Shown in pieces: positions 7,623 to 17,000 of a DNA stretch of 24,444 nt. The DNA is taken from positions 1 through 24,444 of the forward strand of contig JANOTL010000129.1 in the NCBI GenBank assembly GCA_031416315.1, written 5' to 3'. This DNA is from Pseudomonadota bacterium. GTDB taxonomy: Bacteria > Bdellovibrionota_B > Oligoflexia > Oligoflexales > CAIYRB01. Both the position numbers and the translations under genes were made by a program. The notes beneath the pieces are model-generated. The model made no database searches and was not told the origin of the DNA. It was given only the letters and a program-made list of their open reading frames with translations. Numbering within the stretch: position 1 is the first letter of the stretch; each line of letters begins with the position of its first letter.

Positions 7623-9998
7623 ATGATGACCCACTTTTCTTCGCGCGTTCTTCTGATGACGGCGCTCGTACTTCAAGGCTGCAGCGGCGGCGGGGGCGGC
7701 GGCGCGACGAAGTCGTCGCCCGCGGTGACACCGCGATCGCCCGCGGCAATTCCCGCGGCAGCACCGCCACCAGCCGCGCCCGAAATCGGGGCGGTCGCAG
7801 TAAGTACTGAAGCGGGCTCGAAGGAGACGATTGACGCCCTAGAGGGCGTCGAAAGCGCACCTGATAAAGTTCCTGCGGGCACGCTTGGCAGCGTTGCTAT
7901 GGTCGGCGTCCTGGCGATCGGCATTGCTGAGCAAGAGGCAGTACTCGGCCTCGCATCCGAAGCTCAGCGGTTCTTGGCCCGATACGTCGAAACAGGCGAC
8001 TTGCAAGTCCTCGATATGGCGAAGCTCGGCTTCACGGCGGATTCACATGTCGATCGAATGATCGACGTCGGCAGCTATGGTTTCATCGTGCTCGGGGGAT
8101 TTGGCATTGCCAACGAAGGCAAAGACGATACCAAAGGGCAGGTCCTTTGGCTGAAACCGGACGGTTCGCTGCGCTTGTTCGACGGTGCATCTTTTGGATC
8201 ACCGGAGTCAAGAGTCGAGCAGATGCAGTTCACCAAGGACGGACGCTTGTGGCTTCGCTATCAAGCGACGTTCGACGGACGAGCGCTTGGGTACATCGAC
8301 TTGAAAACGGGTGAGTTCCATCAGCTGACCGACGACCAGCAGTCCATCGAATCCTTCGTCGCGACCGTTTCCGGAGATGTCTTCCTCTCGGGCCAAGTGC
8401 GCGCGACGAGCGCCAAATTCATCCGGAAAGTCAAAACTGACTCCAGCGGATTCGAGGTGTTGAGCAACATGCCGGAATTCGCCTTCGGCGACTCCGTATT
8501 TGCCCCGAGCAACTGGGAGGGAATCGGCGGTAGTCGCGGGACGACCGAAGTCATCGAAGTCGCCGGCGGCAAGATGCGCTTCAGCTATTTGCCGTCGATC
8601 CTCAACTGGCCGCGCCGCGCAGGACAAGACCGAGCAATCGAGCTCCCGCTCGTCGGCGACACCTGGCTCGTAACCCAGAGCGCCTCAGCATCGGGATCGC
8701 TCGTCGCGCTCGATATTGGAGCGAAAAAAATGCCGGGACCTCTGCTCGGCGCCGATGCCGTGCTAATCGACGAAGCACAAGGACTTGTCTTCGACGGCGC
8801 GAACGTACTTCAGATCATCCTCGACGGCGCCAAGCTGAAGATCGTGACCCACCGCAGGCTCATTTCCGACAAGGCGAACGGGTACCGGGTCCTGAGGTTG
8901 TTCGGACCGAAGCAGGGCTATACCACCAAATGGCGTGCCGTCATTCAACGCTCAGGAGCGTTCTCGGGGTACTGGTTCGCCGACGTCGATCCGGAAACCG
9001 GATTGATCGACGTTGATCATCGCACCAAGCTCGTTTCGGGGAACGGGGAGCTCTTCGGTCGCTTTCCCGAGCTCGTTCGCAAGGTCGGAAGTCGCTCGTT
9101 TCTCGTCTACTATGGGGAAATCTACCAGTTCTCCGAGCCCGCCGCGAACGATCCGGAGGTCACCCTGACCGAAGCGACGGGCATGCAGACTCATTCGCTT
9201 CGGATCCATCACGGTCTTCTTCGCAACGGCGTCATGTACCTGCCGGAAGGCGACTCCATCAATGCTTATGACACGGCGTCAGGTACAGTCACGAACGTGG
9301 ACCGCTTCGATCAAGCTCCCAACTGCTACCGAATCATGCGCCTTTTCGAAGTCGGCGGCGCTACGAAGAAACCCGCCGCGCTCGCCAAACGGTGGAGCGG
9401 CGAGTGCGGCAACACGGCCGACAAGCTGTACGTCCTCGAGTTCGGCGATTGGAGCGGCGGCTTGACGACAACGAACTTAGTTGCCGCTCATGAGCTCGGT
9501 GAAACGCCGCGTTATACAGACTACGCCATCTTCGCAGACAAAAATGGCGCGCGCTTCTTGGCGCCCAGTGACGCATCGCCTCTTCTTTTGCTAACTCCGG
9601 ACTCGTTTTCCGTTAGCGGTCAGATCGTTTCCAGCCAGGGTATTGCGTCTGATGAAACCGTCTATTTCGCGAAGCAGTTTCCTTACAGCGACATCGAAAT
9701 GGTCGCCGCCTGGGGCAACGATCGGGTCCTTACGGCCGGACTGATCGACAACGAGTACCGAGTCCAGCGCACGAGTCTTGTCCAACGCACCTCGGAATTC
9801 CTTGCCGACCTCGATGGAGTGCAAGTCTACTTCGCCAAGACGATTGGAAGTCGTGTGTTCGTTAACGGCCACAGAGTTGCGACCAATGAGCGCGTTACTC
9901 GGACGTACGACTTGGCGGGGACCTTACTTTCCGAGCAAACGGCATCAGCATTCAAGATTCTTTCATTGAATCCAGTCATGAGCCAAAAGGCCGAGTGA
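7623..9998 (+). CDS. Large lipoprotein of unknown function, beta-rich (possible propellers)
   Basis: MMTHFSSRVLLMTALVLQGC lipobox followed by poly-Gly and Pro/Ala linker; long open frame. Start refined from TTG 7560 to ATG 7623. Confidence 0.78.
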   Translation: MMTHFSSRVLLMTALVLQGCSGGGGGGATKSSPAVTPRSPAAIPAAAPPPAAPEIGAVAVSTEAGSKETIDALEGVESAPDKVPAGTLGSVAMVGVLAIGIAEQEAVLGLASEAQRFLARYVETGDLQVLDMAKLGFTADSHVDRMIDVGSYGFIVLGGFGIANEGKDDTKGQVLWLKPDGSLRLFDGASFGSPESRVEQMQFTKDGRLWLRYQATFDGRALGYIDLKTGEFHQLTDDQQSIESFVATVSGDVFLSGQVRATSAKFIRKVKTDSSGFEVLSNMPEFAFGDSVFAPSNWEGIGGSRGTTEVIEVAGGKMRFSYLPSILNWPRRAGQDRAIELPLVGDTWLVTQSASASGSLVALDIGAKKMPGPLLGADAVLIDEAQGLVFDGANVLQIILDGAKLKIVTHRRLISDKANGYRVLRLFGPKQGYTTKWRAVIQRSGAFSGYWFADVDPETGLIDVDHRTKLVSGNGELFGRFPELVRKVGSRSFLVYYGEIYQFSEPAANDPEVTLTEATGMQTHSLRIHHGLLRNGVMYLPEGDSINAYDTASGTVTNVDRFDQAPNCYRIMRLFEVGGATKKPAALAKRWSGECGNTADKLYVLEFGDWSGGLTTTNLVAAHELGETPRYTDYAIFADKNGARFLAPSDASPLLLLTPDSFSVSGQIVSSQGIASDETVYFAKQFPYSDIEMVAAWGNDRVLTAGLIDNEYRVQRTSLVQRTSEFLADLDGVQVYFAKTIGSRVFVNGHRVATNERVTRTYDLAGTLLSEQTASAFKILSLNPVMSQKAE

Positions 9999-10107
9999 TC
10001 AAGGGATCAAATCGCCCGATCGAGCTTTTGCCGATTGCGCCGAGCCCGACGAATCAGCCGTGGGAGCTACGAAGCGCGCGCAGGCTACCGATGCTAGCCC
10101 GACGAAG

Positions 10108-10162
10108 TGGGGATGAAGTCTCAACCCCAACACTGGGCGAACAACTTGCAACTTGTGGATTT
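10108..10162. repeat. Second att-like site: palindrome plus direct repeat of 67-99
   Basis: TGGGG-A-TGA-AGTC-TCA-A-CCCCA palindrome (10108-10129) followed by ACACTGGGCGAACA-N5-CAACTTG-N2-GATTT (10130-10162), 26/33 identical to 67-99. Confidence 0.75.
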
Positions 10163-10199
10163 CACTCAGGCAAGCACATCAGATGTTCGCGCGAGGAGA

Positions 10200-10276
10200 T
10201 GGTGGGGATACACAGACTCGAACTGTGGACCTCTGCTGTGTGAAAGCAGCGCTCTAACCAACTGAGCTATATCCCC
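10200..10276 (-). tRNA. tRNA-Val (anticodon CAC), encoded CCA
   Basis: Minus strand GGGGATATAGCTCAGTTGGTTAGAGCGCTGCTTTCACACAGCAGAGGTCCACAGTTCGAGTCTGTGTATCCCCACCA: 7-bp acceptor stem, D-arm, CTGCT/AGCAG anticodon stem with TT-CAC-AC loop, GTTCGAG T-loop. Confidence 0.97.
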
Positions 10277-10288
10277 CTAGAGCGCCAG

Positions 10289-10317
10289 ACTTTATCCGCC
10301 GGACGGGGACTCGGCAA
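10289..10317 (-). promoter_or_regulatory. sigma70-type promoter of tRNA-Val
   Basis: TTGCCG-17 nt-TAAAGT followed by GC-rich discriminator CTGGCGC, ending 12 nt before the tRNA. Confidence 0.7.
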
Positions 10318-10362
10318 CATCCAATATTCAGCTATGATATCAGGCGCATGATGAAAGACTGA

Positions 10363-10430
10363 CGACGGCGACTGCAAGCCGTCGCCGTCGGTTTCGCGCG
10401 AAACCAAATCAGTGCGGCGTCACCGCACTG
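10363..10430. terminator. Cluster of hairpins at the end of the Cys-rich lipoprotein gene (probable terminator region)
   Basis: CGACGGCGAC/GTCGCCGTCG (10363-10390), palindrome GGTTTCGCGCGAAACC (10390-10405), CAGTGCGG/CCGCACTG (10410-10430). Confidence 0.5.
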
Positions 10431-11485
10431 CCCCGCGACGCCTTCTCGTCCTTGATCCGCTTTTCCGCCGTCTCGGAAAACGTCGGCGCGAACTCTTTGT
10501 CGGTCTCGCCGCCGAAAGCGGGCGCGTTCGCCGTGTGGCCTGTCCACATCGCGAGGTCGTCGCAGTCCAGCTTCATGGGCTCGCCGCAGATCCGGAAGTC
10601 GGGGCGGACGCCCAGGCCGTTCGCGAGATTTCCCTTCGTCGCTCTGTTGACCGTCTCGATCAGCGCATTCTTCTTCTTACGCTTGTCGAGGACGCCGGTC
10701 AGCGTGCCGTCGTCGCAGCAGTTCTTCGAAGCGCACGCGTCGTACTGCGTCTTCAACGTCTTCAGGAGGCCGCTGCCGCAGGTCGCGCCCGCAAACTTGT
10801 CGTGGGAAACCTGCGCCGGCTTCTTGCCGGAGTTCGAGCACTGGAAGTAGCCGCCGAAGACGACGGGGCCGCCGCCAGACGGAAAGATGCAGTGGATCTC
10901 GCCGTGGCCGGGCCGCTGCGCTTGGTTGCTGCTCGCGAACTCGACGCCTAGGTGATAGTGGCAGGAAATGAAGGGCAGCCCGCCCGCGCCGGGGTACTCG
11001 CAGTCGCCGTCGGCGTTGATCTTGCCGTCGCCGACGGTGGAGACATCGGGCATGTTGTCGCCACACTGCGACATCTTCTCGAAGAAGCTCGGCGCGAGCT
11101 GGAGGTCCATCTCGCCGGTCCGCGACGCTTTCTCGTCCTTCGGCTTCTCGTCCTTCGGCTTCTCGTCCTTTGGGGTCGCCGGCGCCTCCGGGCTCGGAGA
11201 CTCCTGCGTCGAGGTGCTCGGATCGAAGTTCCCGCCTTCGACGACGTTGCCGCCGAAGCTCTCCTCGAGATCTCCGTCGTTCAGCCCGAGCCCCTTCACC
11301 TGCTCCTCGCAGATCTTCATCCCGGAGCCATCGCCCGCAGCGGCAGGCACAGGCGCCGAGGCCGGCGCTTGCCCCTCGATCGCGTCGCCCTCCGCCTTCA
11401 CCAGCGAGCTTCCGGTGTCCTTCTTACAGGCAGGAGCAAGAGTCATCAGAGCCAGCAAAGCGCCGGGGACAAGGAAGTGACGCAT
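10409..11485 (-). CDS. Cys-rich lipoprotein, unknown function
   Basis: MRHFLVPGALLALMTLAPAC-KK lipoprotein signal; 12 further Cys; acidic/Pro linker with KDEKP repeats. Start refined to ATG 11485. Confidence 0.8.
   Translation of the reverse strand: MRHFLVPGALLALMTLAPACKKDTGSSLVKAEGDAIEGQAPASAPVPAAAGDGSGMKICEEQVKGLGLNDGDLEESFGGNVVEGGNFDPSTSTQESPSPEAPATPKDEKPKDEKPKDEKASRTGEMDLQLAPSFFEKMSQCGDNMPDVSTVGDGKINADGDCEYPGAGGLPFISCHYHLGVEFASSNQAQRPGHGEIHCIFPSGGGPVVFGGYFQCSNSGKKPAQVSHDKFAGATCGSGLLKTLKTQYDACASKNCCDDGTLTGVLDKRKKKNALIETVNRATKGNLANGLGVRPDFRICGEPMKLDCDDLAMWTGHTANAPAFGGETDKEFAPTFSETAEKRIKDEKASRGSAVTPH
11130..11170. repeat. 15-bp in-frame tandem repeat (about 2.7 copies) encoding (P)KDEK
   Basis: TTCTCGTCCTTCGGC x2 + TTCTCGTCCTT. 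Confidence 0.9.
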
Positions 11486-11621
11486 GAGCGAGCCTCGGTT
11501 CCGAACGGGTTGAATCTCCGGGGACAACTCCGTGTTTTTCGGAACGGTTCAAGCGCTACCTTAGGCAAGATTGTGCGCTCGGGGAATTTATCCTTTAATT
11601 TTAGTAAATTGCCCGAGAGCT

Positions 11622-12386
11622 TCAGACGACGGCGCCTGCGAAGTACGTCCGGATCGCTCGGTCCTGGCGCGGATTGAGCGACGAGATTTCCTGGAAGGAA
11701 GGAGCCTCCACGATCTCATGGCGCGAGGCACTGAGCTCCACTTCGCGTGCGTACGGATCGACGCGGTGGACGAGGTGGACAGGTGCGACGATGAGCCGCT
11801 CGTGCAGAAGCCAGCCGCTGCTCAGGACGACGTGGGCGACGCGCCAGCGCTGCATGTCGATGACGAAGCTTTTGACCGTGCCGCACTTTTCGCCGCCGAC
11901 GGCCTTCACGGTGAAGGACTCCAGGTCCCGGGCCGAATAAAGCTGGAAATCGTCCTCGACCGACTCGTGGACCTCGACGACCGTATCGCCCGGCCCTTCA
12001 CGGATCGGCTCCACCAGCGGGGGATGCGCGAAGATCGGGCCGCCGGTGATCCAGATGTCGTGCCAGTGATAGTAGCGATCGACTTCGAGCGCGATCGTCC
12101 GCGTCACCGGGGCGCGCTCTTCGATCACGGGCGAGGCGTCGATCCGGTCCCGATCCAGGTCACAGCGAATCTTTTTCGAGGCGAGGTCGATCTCGCGGAA
12201 ACTCTGGGGAGAAAGGAGCGTCCGACGGCCGGTCAGCCAGGAGCCGGTGTCGACGACGATATAGGCAACCGTCCAAGGCGCCAGGTGAAATAGGACGTCG
12301 GTGATCTTGCCGACGACTCCGTCGCGACCTTCGACCGTGAATCCGCGGAAAGCCTCGAGATCGAGGCGCGTGGGCTCGTCATGCAT
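11622..12386 (-). CDS. Tandem PRC-barrel domain protein
   Basis: Two PRC-like repeats (GFTVEGRDGVVGKITDVLF..WTVAYIVVDTGSWL.GRRTLLSP; FTVKAVGGEKCGTVKSFVID..WRVAHVVL..GWL..RLIVAP); GGAGG RBS before ATG 12386. Confidence 0.88.
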   Translation of the reverse strand: MHDEPTRLDLEAFRGFTVEGRDGVVGKITDVLFHLAPWTVAYIVVDTGSWLTGRRTLLSPQSFREIDLASKKIRCDLDRDRIDASPVIEERAPVTRTIALEVDRYYHWHDIWITGGPIFAHPPLVEPIREGPGDTVVEVHESVEDDFQLYSARDLESFTVKAVGGEKCGTVKSFVIDMQRWRVAHVVLSSGWLLHERLIVAPVHLVHRVDPYAREVELSASRHEIVEAPSFQEISSLNPRQDRAIRTYFAGAVV

Positions 12387-12409
12387 GAGACTCGTCCTCC
12401 AACGTATGC

Positions 12410-12450
12410 GAAAAACCGTGAGAGGGCGAAAAGCCCATCTCACGGTTTTC
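12410..12450 (-). terminator. Long hairpin with U-tract downstream of the sigma54 activator gene
   Basis: AAAACCGTGAGA-GGGC...GCCC-A-TCTCACGGTTTT; reads as a stem followed by TTTTT on the minus strand. Confidence 0.65.
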
Positions 12451-12452
12451 AA

Positions 12453-12468
12453 AGCAAGACATGGACCA
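12453..12468 (-). promoter_or_regulatory. Putative sigma54 (-24/-12) promoter for PRC-barrel gene
   Basis: Minus strand TGGTCCATGTCTTGCT: GG-N10-GC spacing with TTGC. Confidence 0.5.
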
Positions 12469-12493
12469 AGACGATCCTGCGAATATCCCTAGC

Positions 12494-13918
12494 CTAGCGG
12501 TATTCGGTCTGGTCGAGGCCGTAACGAGCGAGCAGGCGATACACGTCGGCGCGATAGCGGCCCGACTGCGACGCGGCTTCCACGATGTTGCCCTTGCAGC
12601 GGCGCAGGAGCTTGTCGAGATAGTCGCGCTCGAAAGCTTGCTTCGCTTCCGTCAACGGAAGCTCGTACACGCCGCCGACAGTCGCCGCGATGCTGCGCTC
12701 CGCGTCGTCGTTGCTGCTCGAGCCGCCGCTGCGGCTCGGCTGCATCAGGTGGCTGAACATGTTCTCCAGCGTCAGCTCGCCGTCGGTCGAGAGCACGACG
12801 GCGCGCTCCACGGCGTTCTGCAGCTCGCGGACGTTCCCCGGCCAATCGTAGGCGGTGAGGCGCGCCAAAGTACTGGGGCTCGGCGACTTCACTTCGCGTG
12901 AGAAGCGTTTGTTGAAGGTATCGAGAAAGTGCGACACGAGGACCGGCACGTCCTCGAGGCGGTGGCGCAAGGGCGGGATCCGCAGGACGACGATCGAGAG
13001 CCGGTAGAACAGGTCCTCGCGGAAGCGCTTCGCCTTCGCCTCGAAGAAGATGTCGCGGTGCGTCGCGGCGATGACGCGGGTGTCGATCTTGACCGAGTTC
13101 GAGCCGCCGATCGGCGTGATCTCGCGCTCCTGAAGGACGCGCAAGAGCTTCGTTTGCAAGGACATCGGCATGTCGCCGATCTCGTCGAGGAGGAGCGTGC
13201 CGTCGGAGCAGAGCTCGAAGATGCCCTTGCGATCCGCTTTGGCGTCGGTGAAGGCGCCGCGACGGTGGCCGAAGAGCTCGCTCTCGAGGAGGTTCTCCGG
13301 GATGGCGCCGCAATTGATGGCGTCGAACCGGCCGCCGGCGCGCGCCGAGGTCCGGTGAATGGCGCGGGCGACGACTTCCTTGCCGGTCCCGGATTCGCCG
13401 AGGATCAGGACCGTGGAGTCGACGTCGCGGAGGCGCTCGATCTTTTCCCAGACTTCACGCAGCGCTTCGGACTGCCCGACGAGGCCTAAGCCTTCAATGC
13501 TGTCCGGCGAAGTGGCGGCGACCGGGCGCGGAAGCGGCTGCGGCAGCTCGGCCTTCAGACCGGAGAGCAGGCGCTCCGGGCCGGCGCCCTTCTCGAAGAA
13601 GCCGGCAGCGCCGCGCTTCATCGCCTCGACGGCCCGCTCGATGGAGCCGTGCGCCGTGAGCACGAACACCCGCGTGAACGGGTACTCCTTTAGAATCCAG
13701 GCGACGCCGTCGAAGCCGTGCTCCGCGCCGAGCTCCAAATCCATGATCACGCCGTCGTAATACACGGCGGAAAGACGCTCTTTCATCGTGCCGAGCGAGT
13801 CGGCCTCGTCGACCAAGTAGCCGGCCTTCGTCAGGAACTTGTCGTAGAAAGCTCGGACAGATGCCTCGTCGTCGACGATGAGCAAACGCCCAAGAAAAAG
13901 CTCGCGCTGGTCGGCCAT
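12494..13918 (-). CDS. NtrC/AtoC-family sigma54-dependent response regulator (REC-AAA+-Fis HTH)
   Basis: LIVDDE, IMDLEL, Walker A GESGTGKE, ESELFGH, GAFTDA, Walker B LLLDEIGD, FREDLFYRL, WPGNVREL, C-terminal HTH; GGAGG RBS before ATG 13918. Confidence 0.96.
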   Translation of the reverse strand: MADQRELFLGRLLIVDDEASVRAFYDKFLTKAGYLVDEADSLGTMKERLSAVYYDGVIMDLELGAEHGFDGVAWILKEYPFTRVFVLTAHGSIERAVEAMKRGAAGFFEKGAGPERLLSGLKAELPQPLPRPVAATSPDSIEGLGLVGQSEALREVWEKIERLRDVDSTVLILGESGTGKEVVARAIHRTSARAGGRFDAINCGAIPENLLESELFGHRRGAFTDAKADRKGIFELCSDGTLLLDEIGDMPMSLQTKLLRVLQEREITPIGGSNSVKIDTRVIAATHRDIFFEAKAKRFREDLFYRLSIVVLRIPPLRHRLEDVPVLVSHFLDTFNKRFSREVKSPSPSTLARLTAYDWPGNVRELQNAVERAVVLSTDGELTLENMFSHLMQPSRSGGSSSNDDAERSIAATVGGVYELPLTEAKQAFERDYLDKLLRRCKGNIVEAASQSGRYRADVYRLLARYGLDQTEYR

Positions 13919-14045
13919 AGGTCCTCCAATCTGCCGCTTATAGCCGCTTCTCGCCGGCGAATGCAATGTCGCGGCGATGAGAGCGGGGGTGTATTCATTT
14001 CAAGACAGTCGGGCCGAAAGCGGCTAGCTGAGCGACATACAGGCA

Positions 14046-14061
14046 TGGAACGCCTGTTGCA
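14046..14061 (+). promoter_or_regulatory. sigma54 (-24/-12) promoter for hybrid kinase-Hpt operon
   Basis: TGGAACGCCTGTTGCA, close to consensus TGGCAC-N5-TTGCA, 31 nt upstream of GTG 14093. Confidence 0.7.
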
Positions 14062-14092
14062 CCTAAAGCTGGACTCCCGTGACGGAACCCGC

Positions 14093-17000
14093 GTGACCCA
14101 AACGATCTCCAACGTCCGATTGATGCAGCCGGCGCGCCTCCGCGCGTCATGGCTCGTCAGCCTATCGATCCTGGGCCTGACCGGGGTCGCGGTTCTGTTG
14201 TCCGCGAGCAGCGAAGCCGACAAGAGGCGCGCCCGGATCGAGCGCGAGGAGCGGCACCTCGTCGGTACCATCCGGATTCGCATGGATTCTTACGTCCGCG
14301 CGTTGGAGCAGACGGCGGCTTTCCTGAAAATGGACGCCGAGCGCGGCGTCGAGCGCCTAGGGACTTACGTCGAGGAGGCTCACGTCTTCGAGCGCCTCCC
14401 CGGCCTGCAGGGCGTGGGCTACGTCGCCCTGGTCAAGCGGACCCAGGAGGTGCCGGCGGCTAAGGCTTTCCCCAGGTCCCCGAGCGAGCACCGCTTCATC
14501 GTGCAAAAGCTCGTCCCCGACGACTGGCGCAACCAAAAGGCCGTCGGCCAAGACCTCTACTCCGAGCCGGCGCGCCGCCGGGCGATCGACCGGGCCTGGC
14601 AGCTCGGGACGCCCTCGATGACCGGGGCGGTAAGCTCCCTGACCGAGGCGGGGCCGAACCGACAGGCGGGATTCTTGGCGTTCGCGCCCGTCTTCGCCGC
14701 GCCCGGTCAGCTCCGCGGCTTGGCCTACATGCCGTTCCGCGCCAACGACTTCTTCACCGTCCTCCTCGACGCCGAAGGAACGCAGGCACTCGACTATTGG
14801 ATCTTCGACAGCGCCGAGACCACGCCCGTCTCGCTCCTCTACGGCAATGCCCCTCTGGTCGAGACGAGCGAGATCGCGGGCCTCAGCAGCAACTCGCTGC
14901 CGGTCGCCGGACGATCCTGGACCGTCGTCTCGCGGCCACGCGCGGCGTTTTTCGCCGAGCTCGGCGGGCCCTTGCCCGAGCTGATGCTCGCGTTCGGGGT
15001 CCTGATCTCGTTCGCGTCCTTCCTCTTCCTGCGGCTGCGCGAGCGTCAGGCCGAGCTGATCCAGGGGCTCTATATCGAGACGAACGCGAAGCTGGATGAA
15101 AAGCGGGCGGCGCTCCGAGCGTTGGAGATCAGCGACGCGCGGCACGCCGTCCTCGGGCAGATCGCCGGCGGCGTTACGGTCGTCGTCGATCCCGTCGCGC
15201 GGCGCATCGCCTGGGGCGAAGGGTTGGAGCGCGTCTTCGGCCATCCCGAGTCGGGGCCGGAGATCAACCGCCTCGATTGGCTCCTGGACCTCGTGCATCC
15301 GGACGACCAGAGCACGATCCGCGCGAAGCTCGAGTCGCCGCCGGCGAGCGCGACCGACGTCTTCAGCGCGGCTTGTCGCTTCCGCAAGCAAAGTGGCGCC
15401 TATGCGCCCGTCCTAGTGCGGGGTGCGACGCTCGGCTCCGGTAAGGACGGCTCGCGCTTCGTCGTCGCGCTCCAAGACTTGAGCCATCAGGAGTCGGTGA
15501 CCAGCGCCCTGCAAAGCGCGCGCGACCGCCTGGCGCTCGCTTTGGTGTCGACCGGACTCGGCACCTTCGACTACAGCACCGAAGACGACGATCTGAGTCT
15601 GTCGCCGGTGGCGGCGCGTATGCTCGATTTGGCGCAAGGCGAAGCGCACGGCCTTCGAAAAGTGCTGAAGCACGTGCACGTGGACGATCGCGACGCGCTG
15701 CTGCGGGCTTTCACGGCGCCGGAGGGGCCGGAAGACGGCGAGGATCACGTGCGGGTCGAAGCGCGACTCGTCTGCGAGGGCAGCGAGGCCTGGGTCGAGG
15801 TGCATGGGCGCGCCTATCGCGGCGAGAACGGCAGGATCCAGCGCGTCGCCGGCGTCATGATCGACACGACGGAGCGGAAGCACCAGGCCCTCGAGCTCGA
15901 GCGGGCGCGGCGCGAGGCGGAGGCCGCGAGCTACGCCAAGAGCCTCTTCCTCGCGAACGTCAGCCACGAGATCCGCACGCCGCTCGGCGTCATCCTCGGA
16001 TACTCCAAGCTGCTCGACGAGCCGAAGCTCGCACGCGAGGACAGGCGGCAGTTCCTCGACACGATCGAGCGCAGCGGCCGTCACCTCACCAACTTGATCG
16101 ACGACATCCTGGACCTTTCGAAGATCGAGTCCGGCCGACTCGAATTCGAGCGCGTTCCCTTCTCGTTGACGCAGATTCTGGAAGAGGTGCGCGCGATGTT
16201 CGAGCTGAGCGCGAAAGAGAAGGGCCTGGGCTTCTCGGTGCGCCGCGAGCCCGAAGCGCCAGAGTACGTGATCGGCGACCCGGTACGCCTGCGCCAGGTG
16301 CTGACGAACCTGGTCAACAACGCGGTGAAGTTCACTGACGCGGGCGAGGTCTCGGTCGACGCAAAGGTCGCGCCCGAGCTCGGTCGCGACGGCAATCTCG
16401 TGCTCGAGCTGCGCGTGCGCGACACGGGCGCGGGGATCTCGCCCGCCGTCGCGGCGAAGCTCTTCGAGCCGTTCACGCAGGCGGATCCGCACACGACGCG
16501 TCGCTTCGGCGGCTCCGGTTTGGGGCTCGCGCTGTCGCGGCGGCTGGCGAAGGCGATGGGCGGCGACGTGGTGCTCGCGGCCTCGGCCGAAGGCGACGGC
16601 AGCACGTTTCTCGCGACCATCGATTCGGGCCTCACGCCCGCCGCCTTGAGCCGGCTCGTCGCGACCGGGGTGAAGGAACCCTTGCCCCCACGGCGCGAGG
16701 CGGGGACCGGCGCGAAGCCTTTGCAAGGTCTCTCCGTGCTCGTGGCCGAGGACGCGATCGAAAATCAGGAGCTGATTCGCCGCATCCTGACGCGGCGCGG
16801 CGCCGCCGTGGCGGTCGTGGACAACGGCGCCAAAGCCGTCGACGCGGCCCTCGCCGGAGCTTACGACGTCGTCTTGATGGACCTCCAGATGCCGGTCCTC
16901 GACGGCCTGGAGGCGACGGCCACGCTCCGGCGCGGCGGCTACGGCAAGCCGATCGTGGCGCTGACGGCGCATGCCTTGCGCGAGGAAAGAGACCGATGTT

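Noticed and set aside
10043..10106. Short direct repeat AGCCCGACGAA x2
   Set aside because: Only two 11-nt copies with no array structure; cannot be distinguished from chance or att-site debris.
9995..10243. 82-aa plus-strand ORF
   Set aside because: Runs antisense through the tRNA and att-like repeats; no protein-like features.
13244..13261. GAFTDA instead of GAFTGA in the sigma54 activator
   Set aside because: A known natural variant retaining the essential F and T; not evidence of sigma54 independence.
13718..14092. N-terminal extension of the hybrid kinase in the ORF track
   Set aside because: Overlaps the divergent regulator and lies upstream of or across the sigma54 promoter. The similar extensions of ORFs starting at 19364, 20425, 22108 and 3184 overlap real genes.
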